Shown here one piece after another: positions 56,295 to 64,000 of a stretch of DNA of 64,000 bases. This stretch comes from Vulcanimicrobiota bacterium (GTDB taxonomy: Bacteria; Vulcanimicrobiota; Vulcanimicrobiia; Eremiobacterales; Eremiobacteraceae). The notes under the pieces were generated by a model. It did no database searches. It was not told where the DNA came from and saw nothing but the letters and a program-made list of their open reading frames with translations. The stretch covers positions 128,909 through 192,908 of the forward strand of contig JABCYQ010000002.1 of NCBI GenBank assembly GCA_013290125.1, in the 5' to 3' direction. Numbering within the stretch: position 1 is the stretch's first letter; every line of letters begins with the position of its first letter. The position numbers and the translations under genes are program-made.

Positions 56295-57701
56295 GTGCCG
56301 CGCCTAAAGATCATCGGCGGCGGCCTCGCGGGCAGCGAAGCTGCCTGGCAAGCGGCGCTCCTGGGCATGCCGGTCACACTGCACGAGATGCGACCGACGA
56401 AACAGACCGGCGCGCATCGCACCGGCGGTCTTGCCGAACTCGTCTGTTCGAATAGCCTCCGCGCCGCCGCTGTAGAGAACGCCGTCGGCCTGTTAAAGGA
56501 AGAGATGGCCGCGTTCGGCTCGCTGATCGTGGAGGCCGCGCGAGCGTCGGCCGTGCCTGCCGGCGGCGCGCTTGCCGTGGATCGCGACATCTTCTCGCAG
56601 CATGTCGAGTCGCGTCTAGCGGCCCATCCGCTGATCGAAGTTCGACGCGAAGAGGTCACGTCGATCGATCCCGACGAGGTCAGCCTGATCGCGTGTGGAC
56701 CGCTCGCTTCAGAATCGCTGGCTGCGGCACTCGCCGAATTGTGCGGGGTATCGCAACTGCACTACTACGACGCAGCGTCGCCGATCGTCTCGGCGGACTC
56801 CATCGATTTCTCGAAGACGTACGAAGCCAGCCGGTATGGGAAAGGCGGCGGTGCCGACTATCTCAACATCCCGCTCGATCGCGAGCAGTACGTGACGCTC
56901 GTACACGATCTCGTCGAAGGCGAGAAACACGAGCCGCACGGATTCGAATTGGATGCTACGGTCGGCAAAGTGCCGTTCTTCGAAGCGTGTCTTCCGGTCG
57001 AAGAAATGGCTCGCCGTGGTGAGGATACCTTACGCTTCGGTCCGCTAAAGCCGGTGGGCCTCGACGATCCGCACACCGGGCGGAGGCCGTACGCTGTCGT
57101 GCAGCTGCGGCGCGAGAACGCGACGGGCACCGCGTTCAACCTTGTCGGCTTTCAGACGCGGCTCACGTGGCCCGCGCAAAAAAACGCGTTCGGCAAACTT
57201 CCGGGTCTGGAGAACGCAGAGTGGCTCCGGTTGGGCGTCATGCATCGCAACACGTTTGTCGATGCGCCGCGCGTCATCGGTCCGCGGCTCTCGCTCGTAC
57301 GCGCACCAAACGTTTTTCTCGCGGGCCAAGTCACCGGCTGTGAAGGCTACGTCGAAGCGGCCGCGACCGGCATCGTCGCCGCGGTGAATGCGGTTCGCCG
57401 GATGCGCGGAACCGATACGCTGTTTGCCCCGCCTCCGCAGACCGCTCACGGCGCGCTGCTCGCCTATCTGCGCGATCAGACGTCGCCCGATTTCCAGCCG
57501 CAGAACGTGACGTTTGCGTACATCGCGGCGCTCGAGTCGCCGATCCGCGATCGCAGGGAACGGCGCAAAGCGCTCGCCGAACGCTCACTGGGGATCGTCC
57601 GCGGCATGGCGGACGAGTTGGCGGCCGAACGCGCGAGCGCTGTTGCCGCGGTCGAGCAAAGCGGCGCTGCCGCGGTAGGGCAAGCGGCGCCCGCTCGATA
57701 A
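56295..57701 (+). CDS. trmFO: methylenetetrahydrofolate--tRNA-(uracil-5-)-methyltransferase TrmFO
   Basis: GTG at 56295, 2 nt after the topA stop. FAD motif [16 protein letters not shown] and [11 protein letters not shown]. Confidence 0.9.
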   Translation: MPRLKIIGGGLAGSEAAWQAALLGMPVTLHEMRPTKQTGAHRTGGLAELVCSNSLRAAAVENAVGLLKEEMAAFGSLIVEAARASAVPAGGALAVDRDIFSQHVESRLAAHPLIEVRREEVTSIDPDEVSLIACGPLASESLAAALAELCGVSQLHYYDAASPIVSADSIDFSKTYEASRYGKGGGADYLNIPLDREQYVTLVHDLVEGEKHEPHGFELDATVGKVPFFEACLPVEEMARRGEDTLRFGPLKPVGLDDPHTGRRPYAVVQLRRENATGTAFNLVGFQTRLTWPAQKNAFGKLPGLENAEWLRLGVMHRNTFVDAPRVIGPRLSLVRAPNVFLAGQVTGCEGYVEAAATGIVAAVNAVRRMRGTDTLFAPPPQTAHGALLAYLRDQTSPDFQPQNVTFAYIAALESPIRDRRERRKALAERSLGIVRGMADELAAERASAVAAVEQSGAAAVGQAAPAR

Positions 57702-57714
57702 CCGGAATACTCAC

Positions 57715-58242
57715 ATGAATCATTCGACGACGATCTGCGCGGTGCGCCGGGATGGGCGGCTTGCGATAGCGGGCGACGGCCAAGTCACTTTCGGCGCGAC
57801 CGTCATGAAACACAAGGCGCGTAAAGTCCGGCGCCTCGGCGACGGCAAGATCCTTGCGGGGTTCGCCGGATCCGCCGCCGACGGCATCACGTTGCTCGAA
57901 AAATTCGAAGCGAAGCTTTCGGAGTACCGCGGGAACATCTCGCGCGCCGCGGTCGAGCTCGCAAAGGACTGGCGCACTGACCGTTTCCTGCGGCGTCTCG
58001 AAGCGCTCTTGATCGTCGGCGACACGGAGCACCTCTACGTGCTCTCAGGCACGGGCGACGTCGTTGAGCCGGACGACGACGTCGCGGCCATCGGCAGCGG
58101 CGGCCCGTACGCTCAAGCCGCGGCGCAAGCGCTCGTGCAAAATACGAAGCTCAGCGCCGAAGAGATCGTTCGTGAAGCTCTTGCGATTGCAGCGAAGATC
58201 TGCATCTACACGAACACCGACATCTCAGTCGAGACTTTGTGA
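57715..58242 (+). CDS. hslV: ATP-dependent protease subunit HslV
   Basis: [27 protein letters not shown] is the Ntn-hydrolase core with four residues ahead of the TT pair. Conserved topA-trmFO-hslV order. Confidence 0.9.
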   Translation: MNHSTTICAVRRDGRLAIAGDGQVTFGATVMKHKARKVRRLGDGKILAGFAGSAADGITLLEKFEAKLSEYRGNISRAAVELAKDWRTDRFLRRLEALLIVGDTEHLYVLSGTGDVVEPDDDVAAIGSGGPYAQAAAQALVQNTKLSAEEIVREALAIAAKICIYTNTDISVETL

Positions 58243-58775
58243 AGCACGGCGGCGCGGACGCCGTCAATCCGCCGCTGCGAACTCCACGCCTCGATCTCGA
58301 ACCTCTTGAACGCGGACATGCGCGTGCGTATTTCGAAGGCATGCGCGATCCTGCGATCTACGCCTACTACGGCGGCGAGCCGCCCGCATCCATCGAGGCT
58401 GCGGCCGAGCGGCTCACGGGTTGGGAGACACGCCATTCACCCGACGGCCAAACCCTTTGGCTGAATTGGTTGGCGCGCATCCGCGAAGGAGCGTACGTCG
58501 GGTGGTTCCAGGCGACGGTTTCTGGTGCGAGCGCATTCATCGGATACGACGTGTTCGTGCCGCATCAACGCCGCGGATTCGGCCGCGAAGGAACTTCAGC
58601 CATGCTCGCGCATCTGAACGATGCTCTTCGCGTTGAACGCGTCGACGCGACGGTCGACACGGAGAATATCGGGTCGATCAAGCTGCTTGAGTCACTCGGA
58701 TTTTCGAAAATCGATGAGCGCGCGAGCGACGACCTCCCCGGCCGCCGCGACTTCCTCTACCGCCTCCAGATGTAG
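58239..58775 (+). CDS. GNAT family N-acetyltransferase (RimJ/RimL-like)
   Basis: [12 protein letters not shown]-terminus and acetyl-CoA motif [13 protein letters not shown] overlaps the hslV stop (GTGA). Confidence 0.75.
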   Translation: MKHGGADAVNPPLRTPRLDLEPLERGHARAYFEGMRDPAIYAYYGGEPPASIEAAAERLTGWETRHSPDGQTLWLNWLARIREGAYVGWFQATVSGASAFIGYDVFVPHQRRGFGREGTSAMLAHLNDALRVERVDATVDTENIGSIKLLESLGFSKIDERASDDLPGRRDFLYRLQM

Positions 58776-58818
58776 GGCGGACCTTTATCGTCCGCCTCGA
58801 CGAGCGGTGCTCGCCCTA

Positions 58819-59373
58819 TTACGAATCGTTCGAGCCGGTCAGCGCGTACCGCAGGTTCCTTTCGATGAACGGCACATCGGTCCGGGCTGTAGGGATGCCC
58901 ATGCCCACGTAGATGATTGCGCCAAGCCAAAGTTTTCCGACGATCATTTCTAGCGGATGTGGAAGGGACGAAAACGGGGGAAGAAAGTTGAACAGAACTG
59001 ATATCGCCGCAACGAGCGCGACGAGTTGGAAGTATGGCAAAACAAATCGACCTCGCAGCATGCAACCCGAATTCGACGGCGCGAGCCGCCCAACGAACTG
59101 GCCTCGCAAGGTCAGACGTTGATCGGTGGCGGCTCCATCTGCATCCGCGACGGCGTAGCGGGCTTGTACGACATCTTCTCGGATTGAAATCGCGAGGTAC
59201 GCGCATCCTGGCGCCGCGCTCAAGAATCCGTCCTGGGCTGCCAGCGCGGCTTTTGCGTCGAGAACCGCAAGTGGGCTTTGGATCTCGATCGCGCCGCGGC
59301 CAAGGGCGAACGCGTCGAGTGGAGCGAGGAATTCCACGGAGACGCTGCTATGCGGTAGGGACCGCGGCCGCAA
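58819..59373 (-). CDS. hypothetical protein with C-terminal hydrophobic segments
   Basis: Longest ORF co-oriented with and downstream of pntB. No family recognised. The start is uncertain, since the track start overlaps pntB by 26 nt. Confidence 0.35.
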   Translation of the reverse strand: MRPRSLPHSSVSVEFLAPLDAFALGRGAIEIQSPLAVLDAKAALAAQDGFLSAAPGCAYLAISIREDVVQARYAVADADGAATDQRLTLRGQFVGRLAPSNSGCMLRGRFVLPYFQLVALVAAISVLFNFLPPFSSLPHPLEMIVGKLWLGAIIYVGMGIPTARTDVPFIERNLRYALTGSNDS

Positions 59374-60748
59374 GGGCGCTTACGGTGGCCTTCGCGTCGC
59401 CGAAGAGCATCATGGTCTTCGGATTCTCGTACAGAGGATTGTCGATGCCCGCAAAGCCAGGATTCATCGAGCGTTTAAGCACGACGACATGTTGTGCTTT
59501 GTCCACGTCGAGGATCGGCATGCCGTAGATCGGGCTCGAAGGAACATTGCGCGCCGCCGGATTTGTGACGTCGTTCGCGCCGATGATCAGCGCCACATCG
59601 GCCTGCTCGAATTGCGGATTGATCTCGTCCATCTCGTGGAGCTGTGAATACGGCACGTTCGCCTCGGCGAGCAGCACGTTCATGTGCCCGGGCATGCGAC
59701 CGGCGACCGGATGGATCGCGAACTTGACGTCGACGCCGCGCTTTTCGAGGTTGGCAGAGAGTTCACGCACCGCATGCTGCGCCTGCGCGACCGCCATACC
59801 GTAACCGGGCGCGATGATGACGCTGCGGGAGTACGCGAGCAGCGTCGCCACATCTTCGGTCGAGGCCGTTCGTACGGTGCCGCCGCTGCTTGTCACGGCC
59901 GGTCCGCCTGCGGCGCTCTGCACCGATCCAAACGCACCGAACAGCACGTTGGTGATCGAGCGATTCATGGCTTTGGCCATGAGCATGGTGAGCAGCGTGC
60001 CGGACGCGCCGACCAGTGTGCCGCTGATGATCAACACAGTGTTCGAGAGAACAAAGCCTGTCACCGCGACCGCAACGCCCGTGAATGAGTTTAGCAGCGA
60101 GATCACGACCGGCATATCCGCGCCGCCGATCGGGAGCACGGCGAGAATGCCGAGCAGCGCCGCGGCACAGACCAATCCGACGAACGCGCGCGGGTCAAGA
60201 TTGCCGAGAGACAGATACACCGCAAGAGCGACGACCGAAAGCCCGATGAGACCATTCACGACTTGCTGGCCGGGATACGTCAGCGGTCGGCCGGGCATCA
60301 GCTCTTGCAGCTTCGCGAACGCGATGAGGCTGCCCGCAAAGGATATAGAGCCGATGATGACGCTGAGGACGATCGGCACGAGATCGGTCGCGGAAGCGGT
60401 ACCGATTCCTGAGACTTTGAGGAACTCACCCGACGCCACGAGCGCCGCGGCGCCGCCGCCCGCGCCATTGAACAGCGCGACCATCTGCGGCATCGCCGTC
60501 ATCTTCACAACGCGCGCCGAGAAAAATCCGATGAGGGCGCCGACGATTCCGCCGATGACGATGATCGGCCACGTCACGATGTGTCGATCGAGACACGTCG
60601 CCGCGACCGCGATGAGCATGCCGATCGCCGCAAGCGTGTTGCCGGTGCGCGCATGAGCCGGCGAGCTCAGGAATTTGAGCCCGAGGATGAAGAGGATGCC
60701 TGTGAGGAGATACGCGAGCGCGAGCCCGGTGTCGAGTCCCGACATCAC
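59348..60748 (-). CDS. pntB: NAD(P) transhydrogenase subunit beta
   Basis: 466 aa with an N-terminal TM bundle and a C-terminal NADP(H) domain (VIIAPGYGMAVAQAQH...GRMPGHMNVLLAEA). Confidence 0.9.
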   Translation of the reverse strand: MMSGLDTGLALAYLLTGILFILGLKFLSSPAHARTGNTLAAIGMLIAVAATCLDRHIVTWPIIVIGGIVGALIGFFSARVVKMTAMPQMVALFNGAGGGAAALVASGEFLKVSGIGTASATDLVPIVLSVIIGSISFAGSLIAFAKLQELMPGRPLTYPGQQVVNGLIGLSVVALAVYLSLGNLDPRAFVGLVCAAALLGILAVLPIGGADMPVVISLLNSFTGVAVAVTGFVLSNTVLIISGTLVGASGTLLTMLMAKAMNRSITNVLFGAFGSVQSAAGGPAVTSSGGTVRTASTEDVATLLAYSRSVIIAPGYGMAVAQAQHAVRELSANLEKRGVDVKFAIHPVAGRMPGHMNVLLAEANVPYSQLHEMDEINPQFEQADVALIIGANDVTNPAARNVPSSPIYGMPILDVDKAQHVVVLKRSMNPGFAGIDNPLYENPKTMMLFGDAKATVSALAAAVPTA

Positions 60749-61041
60749 TTCGACTCCGGCTTGGACTTGAACATCTGCAGCATGCGGCCGGTAACCGCGA
60801 ATCCGCCGACGACGTTGATGGCCGCCAGCACCATGGCCGCGGCGCCGATGACACTGCCGGTCGTTCCGCCGATCGCGGCGCCGGCGACAAGCATCGCGCC
60901 GACGACGACGATTCCGTGGATCGCGTTTGTCGCCGACATGAGCGGCGTGTGCAACATGGACGGCACTTTCGAGATGACTTCGAAGCCGACGAAGACGGAA
61001 AGCACGAAAACCGTGAGTTCGACCAGGATGGTTTCGGTCAT
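60745..61041 (-). CDS. pntA: NAD(P) transhydrogenase subunit alpha part 2 (membrane)
   Basis: 98 aa. MTETILVELTVFVLSVFVGFEVISKVPSMLHTPLMSATNAIHGIVVVGA. ATGA-type overlaps on both sides. Confidence 0.85.
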   Translation of the reverse strand: MTETILVELTVFVLSVFVGFEVISKVPSMLHTPLMSATNAIHGIVVVGAMLVAGAAIGGTTGSVIGAAAMVLAAINVVGGFAVTGRMLQMFKSKPESK

Positions 61042-62171
61042 GCCACTCCTCCGGCAGTGAGTTTGGCGACGCCTTCGTGCACCACCGCGCCCTCGCGAGT
61101 GATGCAGACGCCGCGCGTGATCTCGTCGCTCATATCGACGACGAGTTTGCCGTCCTTGACGAGATGCGTGAACAGCGCATGTAGGTTTTTCGCATAAAGT
61201 TGGCTCGCGTGCTGCGGCATCGACGATGGCACGTTGCGCGGTCCGAGCACGTGGACGTCGTGCACGGTCACTTGCTCGCCCGGCTGCGTGCCCTCGCAAT
61301 TCCCGCCGGCCTCGGCCGCAAGGTCCACGATGACCGATCCGGGCCGCATCGCGCGCACCATCGCGTCGGTGATCAGCAACGGCGCCTTTCGACCCGGCAC
61401 AAGAGCGGTTGTGATAACGACATCCGATTCGGCGACGCTTTTTGTCAGCGCGTCGCGATTCGTCGCCTGCTCTTCGGCGGTGAGCTCGCGCGCGTAGCCG
61501 CCGGCGCCTTCGGCCGCGATAGGCGGCGAGACGAAGGACGCGCCGAGGCTTTCCACCTGTTCCTTGGTCGCGGCGCGCGCGTCGAATCCCGTGACGACCG
61601 CGCCGAGTCGCCGTGCGGTTGCGATCGCCTGCAAGCCTGCCACACCGGCGCCCAGCACGAGGACGCGTGCCGGCGGTATCGTGCCGGCCGCGGTCATCAA
61701 CATCGGGAAGAACTTCGGCAACGCGTCCGCGGCGAACAGCACGGCCTTATAGCCGGAGACGGTGGACTGCGAAGAGAGCGCGTCCATGCCTTGCGCACGC
61801 GAGATGCGCGGCAGCATATCGATGCTGAACGCCGTGACGCCGCGCGCCGCCAACGCGGCAGCGTCGCCGGGATTCACGAGCGGGAACAGAAACGCGAGCA
61901 ACGCGGAGCCTTTCGGCAGCGCGGCGATCTCAGCGGCGTTTGGCCGCTGCACTTTTAAGACGAAATCAGCGCTCGAATAGAGCGAGTTCGCGTCGGGAGC
62001 GATCGACGCGCCCGCGGCGCGATACGCATCGTCGAGGAAGCCCGCGGCCGCTCCGGCGCCGGTCTCCACCGTGACCTGTAAACCGGATTTCACAAGACGT
62101 CCGGCGATGTCCGGCGTCATAGCGACGCGGTGCTCGCCGGGTGCGGTTTCCTTCGGAACGGCAACGTTCAA
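61038..62171 (-). CDS. pntA: NAD(P) transhydrogenase subunit alpha part 1 (alanine dehydrogenase-like)
   Basis: VAVPKETAPGEHRVAMTP N-terminus and Rossmann VLVLGAGVAGLQAIATARRLGA. TTG start. Confidence 0.9.
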   Translation of the reverse strand: MNVAVPKETAPGEHRVAMTPDIAGRLVKSGLQVTVETGAGAAAGFLDDAYRAAGASIAPDANSLYSSADFVLKVQRPNAAEIAALPKGSALLAFLFPLVNPGDAAALAARGVTAFSIDMLPRISRAQGMDALSSQSTVSGYKAVLFAADALPKFFPMLMTAAGTIPPARVLVLGAGVAGLQAIATARRLGAVVTGFDARAATKEQVESLGASFVSPPIAAEGAGGYARELTAEEQATNRDALTKSVAESDVVITTALVPGRKAPLLITDAMVRAMRPGSVIVDLAAEAGGNCEGTQPGEQVTVHDVHVLGPRNVPSSMPQHASQLYAKNLHALFTHLVKDGKLVVDMSDEITRGVCITREGAVVHEGVAKLTAGGVA

Positions 62172-62319
62172 CGACGGCCTCCTTATTAGGGTCGAACGAT
62201 CAGCCTCTTCTGCGCGCCAGGCTTATGCGCCCTCTCATCGGATTGTCATCGAGAATTCATCGCGTCGCGGCGGGCCCGCAGTAAAATCGATACGGAAGGG
62301 CTTGAAGAGGGAAATCATC

Positions 62320-63141
62320 ATGATCCGCGTCGTCGTCATCACCTCCGCGTTGACCATCGCCGCGCTTTCCGTAGCCATCGCGGCGGTAAAAGGCTTCGCC
62401 GCGGCGCCGGCACCGTGCGCGACATCCTGCATCGTCGCGGATCACACGCCGACTCCCGCGCCCGTCATGGGCGGAATGTCCGGGATGCAAGGAACCGGAA
62501 GCGCCTCCGACGCGGGCATGGGCGGCGACATGTCGATGGGCCCGCATATGACGTTGACGGACCTGCGCCCGGCGCAGGCCGGCGATCGGCAACGCGCCGA
62601 CGCGATCGTCGCGACGTTGCGAGTGACCCTGACCAAGTACGCCGACTACCGCGTCGCTGAGGCCGACGGTTACAAACCGTTCCTCGCGGAAATACCGCAA
62701 CCGCACTATCATTTCACGAATTGGGTCAACGGTTTGGCTGCGCTTGGACGCTTCGATCCGACGCGCCCAACATCGCTTCTGTACACGAAAGATGGCAGCG
62801 GCTACAAACTGGTCGGCGCGATGTACACCGCGCCGCGCAACGCTACGCCCGATCAACTCGACGCGCGAATCCCGTTGAGCATCGCGCACTGGCATCAGCA
62901 CGTCAACATGTGCTGGGGGCCGCCCGGCACCGCCGCGAGCGACTATTTCGGGCCCAACGCCAGATTCGGTCTGCAGGGATCGATAGCGACCGCAACTGCT
63001 TGCGATTCAGCGGGCGGCCGCTTCCAACCGGTGCTGTACAATTGGATGGTGCACGTCTACCCGTTTGAGACGGACCAGGCCAAGATCTGGCAAGTGGACA
63101 TGCCCGGCGGGATGGATTCGAACCACCCGACATCGACGTGA
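62320..63141 (+). CDS. hypothetical secreted protein with Met/Gly-rich and His-rich segments
   Basis: ATG at 62320 is preceded by AGAGGGA. Signal-like MIRVVVITSALTIAALSVAIAAV, MGGMSGMQGTGSASDAGMGGDMSMGPHM, and HWHQH. The longer track ORF overlaps pntA and is rejected. Confidence 0.45.
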   Translation: MIRVVVITSALTIAALSVAIAAVKGFAAAPAPCATSCIVADHTPTPAPVMGGMSGMQGTGSASDAGMGGDMSMGPHMTLTDLRPAQAGDRQRADAIVATLRVTLTKYADYRVAEADGYKPFLAEIPQPHYHFTNWVNGLAALGRFDPTRPTSLLYTKDGSGYKLVGAMYTAPRNATPDQLDARIPLSIAHWHQHVNMCWGPPGTAASDYFGPNARFGLQGSIATATACDSAGGRFQPVLYNWMVHVYPFETDQAKIWQVDMPGGMDSNHPTST

Positions 63142-63145
63142 TTGT

Positions 63146-63211
63146 CTGAAGGGGCCGACGCTAGTCGGCCCACGTTACGTTTGCTTGGGCCGACTAGCGT
63201 CGGCCCCTTCA
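63146..63211. repeat. REP-like palindromic element, locus 6, perfect 24-bp inverted repeat
   Basis: GAAGGGGCCGACGCTAGTCGGCCC (63148-63171), 15-nt spacer ACGTTACGTTTGCTT, then the exact reverse complement (63187-63210). Confidence 0.95.
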
Positions 63212-63264
63212 ATATCCAAGCGGCGGGGTTGAATCGGTCGGATTCAGAATATATCCCCACCGCT

Positions 63265-64000
63265 ATGAATCCTCAAGAACTGACGCCGGCGCGCATCGTC
63301 GCCGAACTCGACCGCTATATCGTCGGCCAAGGCGCCGCGAAGCGCGCGGTAGCCGTCGCACTTCGCAATCGCTATCGCCGTGAGCGAATGCAAGGCGAGA
63401 TGCGCCAAGAAGTGATCCCGAAGAACATCCTCATGATCGGCCCGACGGGAGTCGGCAAGACGGAGATCGCGCGCAGGCTTGCAGCGCTCGTCGGCGCTCC
63501 CTTCGTCAAAGTCGAAGCGACGAAGTACACCGAGGTCGGCTACGTGGGTCGTGATGTGGAATCGATGGTCCGCGATCTTGTGGAAGCGGCGATCCGCATG
63601 GTCCGCGCAGAACGCATCGCAGAGACCGCCGACGTCGCAGAAGAACTCGCGCTCGATCGACTCGTGGACATCCTCGAGCCGTCCACAAAGGCGCCGAACA
63701 ATGTCGGCAACCCGCTCACCGGCCTCTATGCGATGCTCGGCCAACCGGCGCGCGCTGGCGCAGAATCGCCGCCGCCGCCACCGCGCTCCGAAGAAGTCGA
63801 GGCAAAACGCCGGCAGACAAAAGACGAATTGCGCTCCGGCTTTTACGACGTGCGCATGATTGAGATCGAAGTCGAAGAGACGCCGCAATTCGTCGGCGCA
63901 TTCGGCGGGCCGCAGATGGAAGAGATGGGCGGCAACATGAGCGACATCCTCGGTTCGATCTTGCCGAAGAAGCGCAACAAGCGCCGCGTAACGGTCGCCG
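63265..64000 (+). CDS. hslU: ATP-dependent protease ATPase subunit HslU, N-terminal part (runs off the window)
   Basis: Frame open from ATG 63265 to the window end. [39 protein letters not shown]...[19 protein letters not shown]...[20 protein letters not shown]. Confidence 0.9.
   Translation, partial: MNPQELTPARIVAELDRYIVGQGAAKRAVAVALRNRYRRERMQGEMRQEVIPKNILMIGPTGVGKTEIARRLAALVGAPFVKVEATKYTEVGYVGRDVESMVRDLVEAAIRMVRAERIAETADVAEELALDRLVDILEPSTKAPNNVGNPLTGLYAMLGQPARAGAESPPPPPRSEEVEAKRRQTKDELRSGFYDVRMIEIEVEETPQFVGAFGGPQMEEMGGNMSDILGSILPKKRNKRRVTVA

Noticed and set aside
63229-63255. Promoter for hslU (TTGAAT ... TATATC)
   Set aside because: The spacing between the candidate -35 and any -10-like hexamer is only 12-15 nt, which is too weak to report as a feature.

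Overview
High-GC, densely coding bacterial chromosome segment. It looks diderm: it carries a TonB-C domain protein, a beta-barrel-like protein ending in Phe, and lipoproteins. Most of it is housekeeping: ubiX (3' end), efp, plsY, der, miaB-mutS, mutL-miaA-hfq-dapF, two trkA genes, tRNA-Pro(CGG), uvrC, tmRNA (ssrA), a GerMN-lipoprotein/amidase/murI cell-wall cluster, secG, a five-gene peptide/nickel-type ABC importer, topA-trmFO-hslV, pntAA-pntAB-pntB and hslU (5' part).

An accessory-looking stretch lies downstream of ssrA (about 27.5-42.3 kb). It holds two paralogous membrane GAF sensors, VOC enzymes, a TonB-C protein, a GloVer-repeat protein, a ChrB-like domain plus MFS pair, and a YciI/ECF-sigma pair.

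I saw no CRISPR array, transposase, integrase, prophage or recognisable defence or toxin system. I do not claim a new multi-gene system. The most unusual directly visible signal is a REP-like palindromic element family (TGAAGGGGCCGAC ... GTCGGCCCCTTCA) at six intergenic loci. Three loci carry short tandem amplifications of one arm, with periods of 20, 13/14 and 18 bp.

Other points worth a second look:
- hslV and hslU are separated by about 5 kb, with a GNAT gene translationally coupled to hslV.
- A membrane-protein gene is interrupted by one in-frame TAG.
- A 36-codon ORF with a strong SD leads a YtrA-type GntR/ABC operon.
- An uncharacterised radical SAM gene is coupled to dapF.
- A Met/His-rich secreted protein is present.

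Many long overlapping or antisense ORFs in the six-frame track are high-GC artefacts and are not reported as genes.
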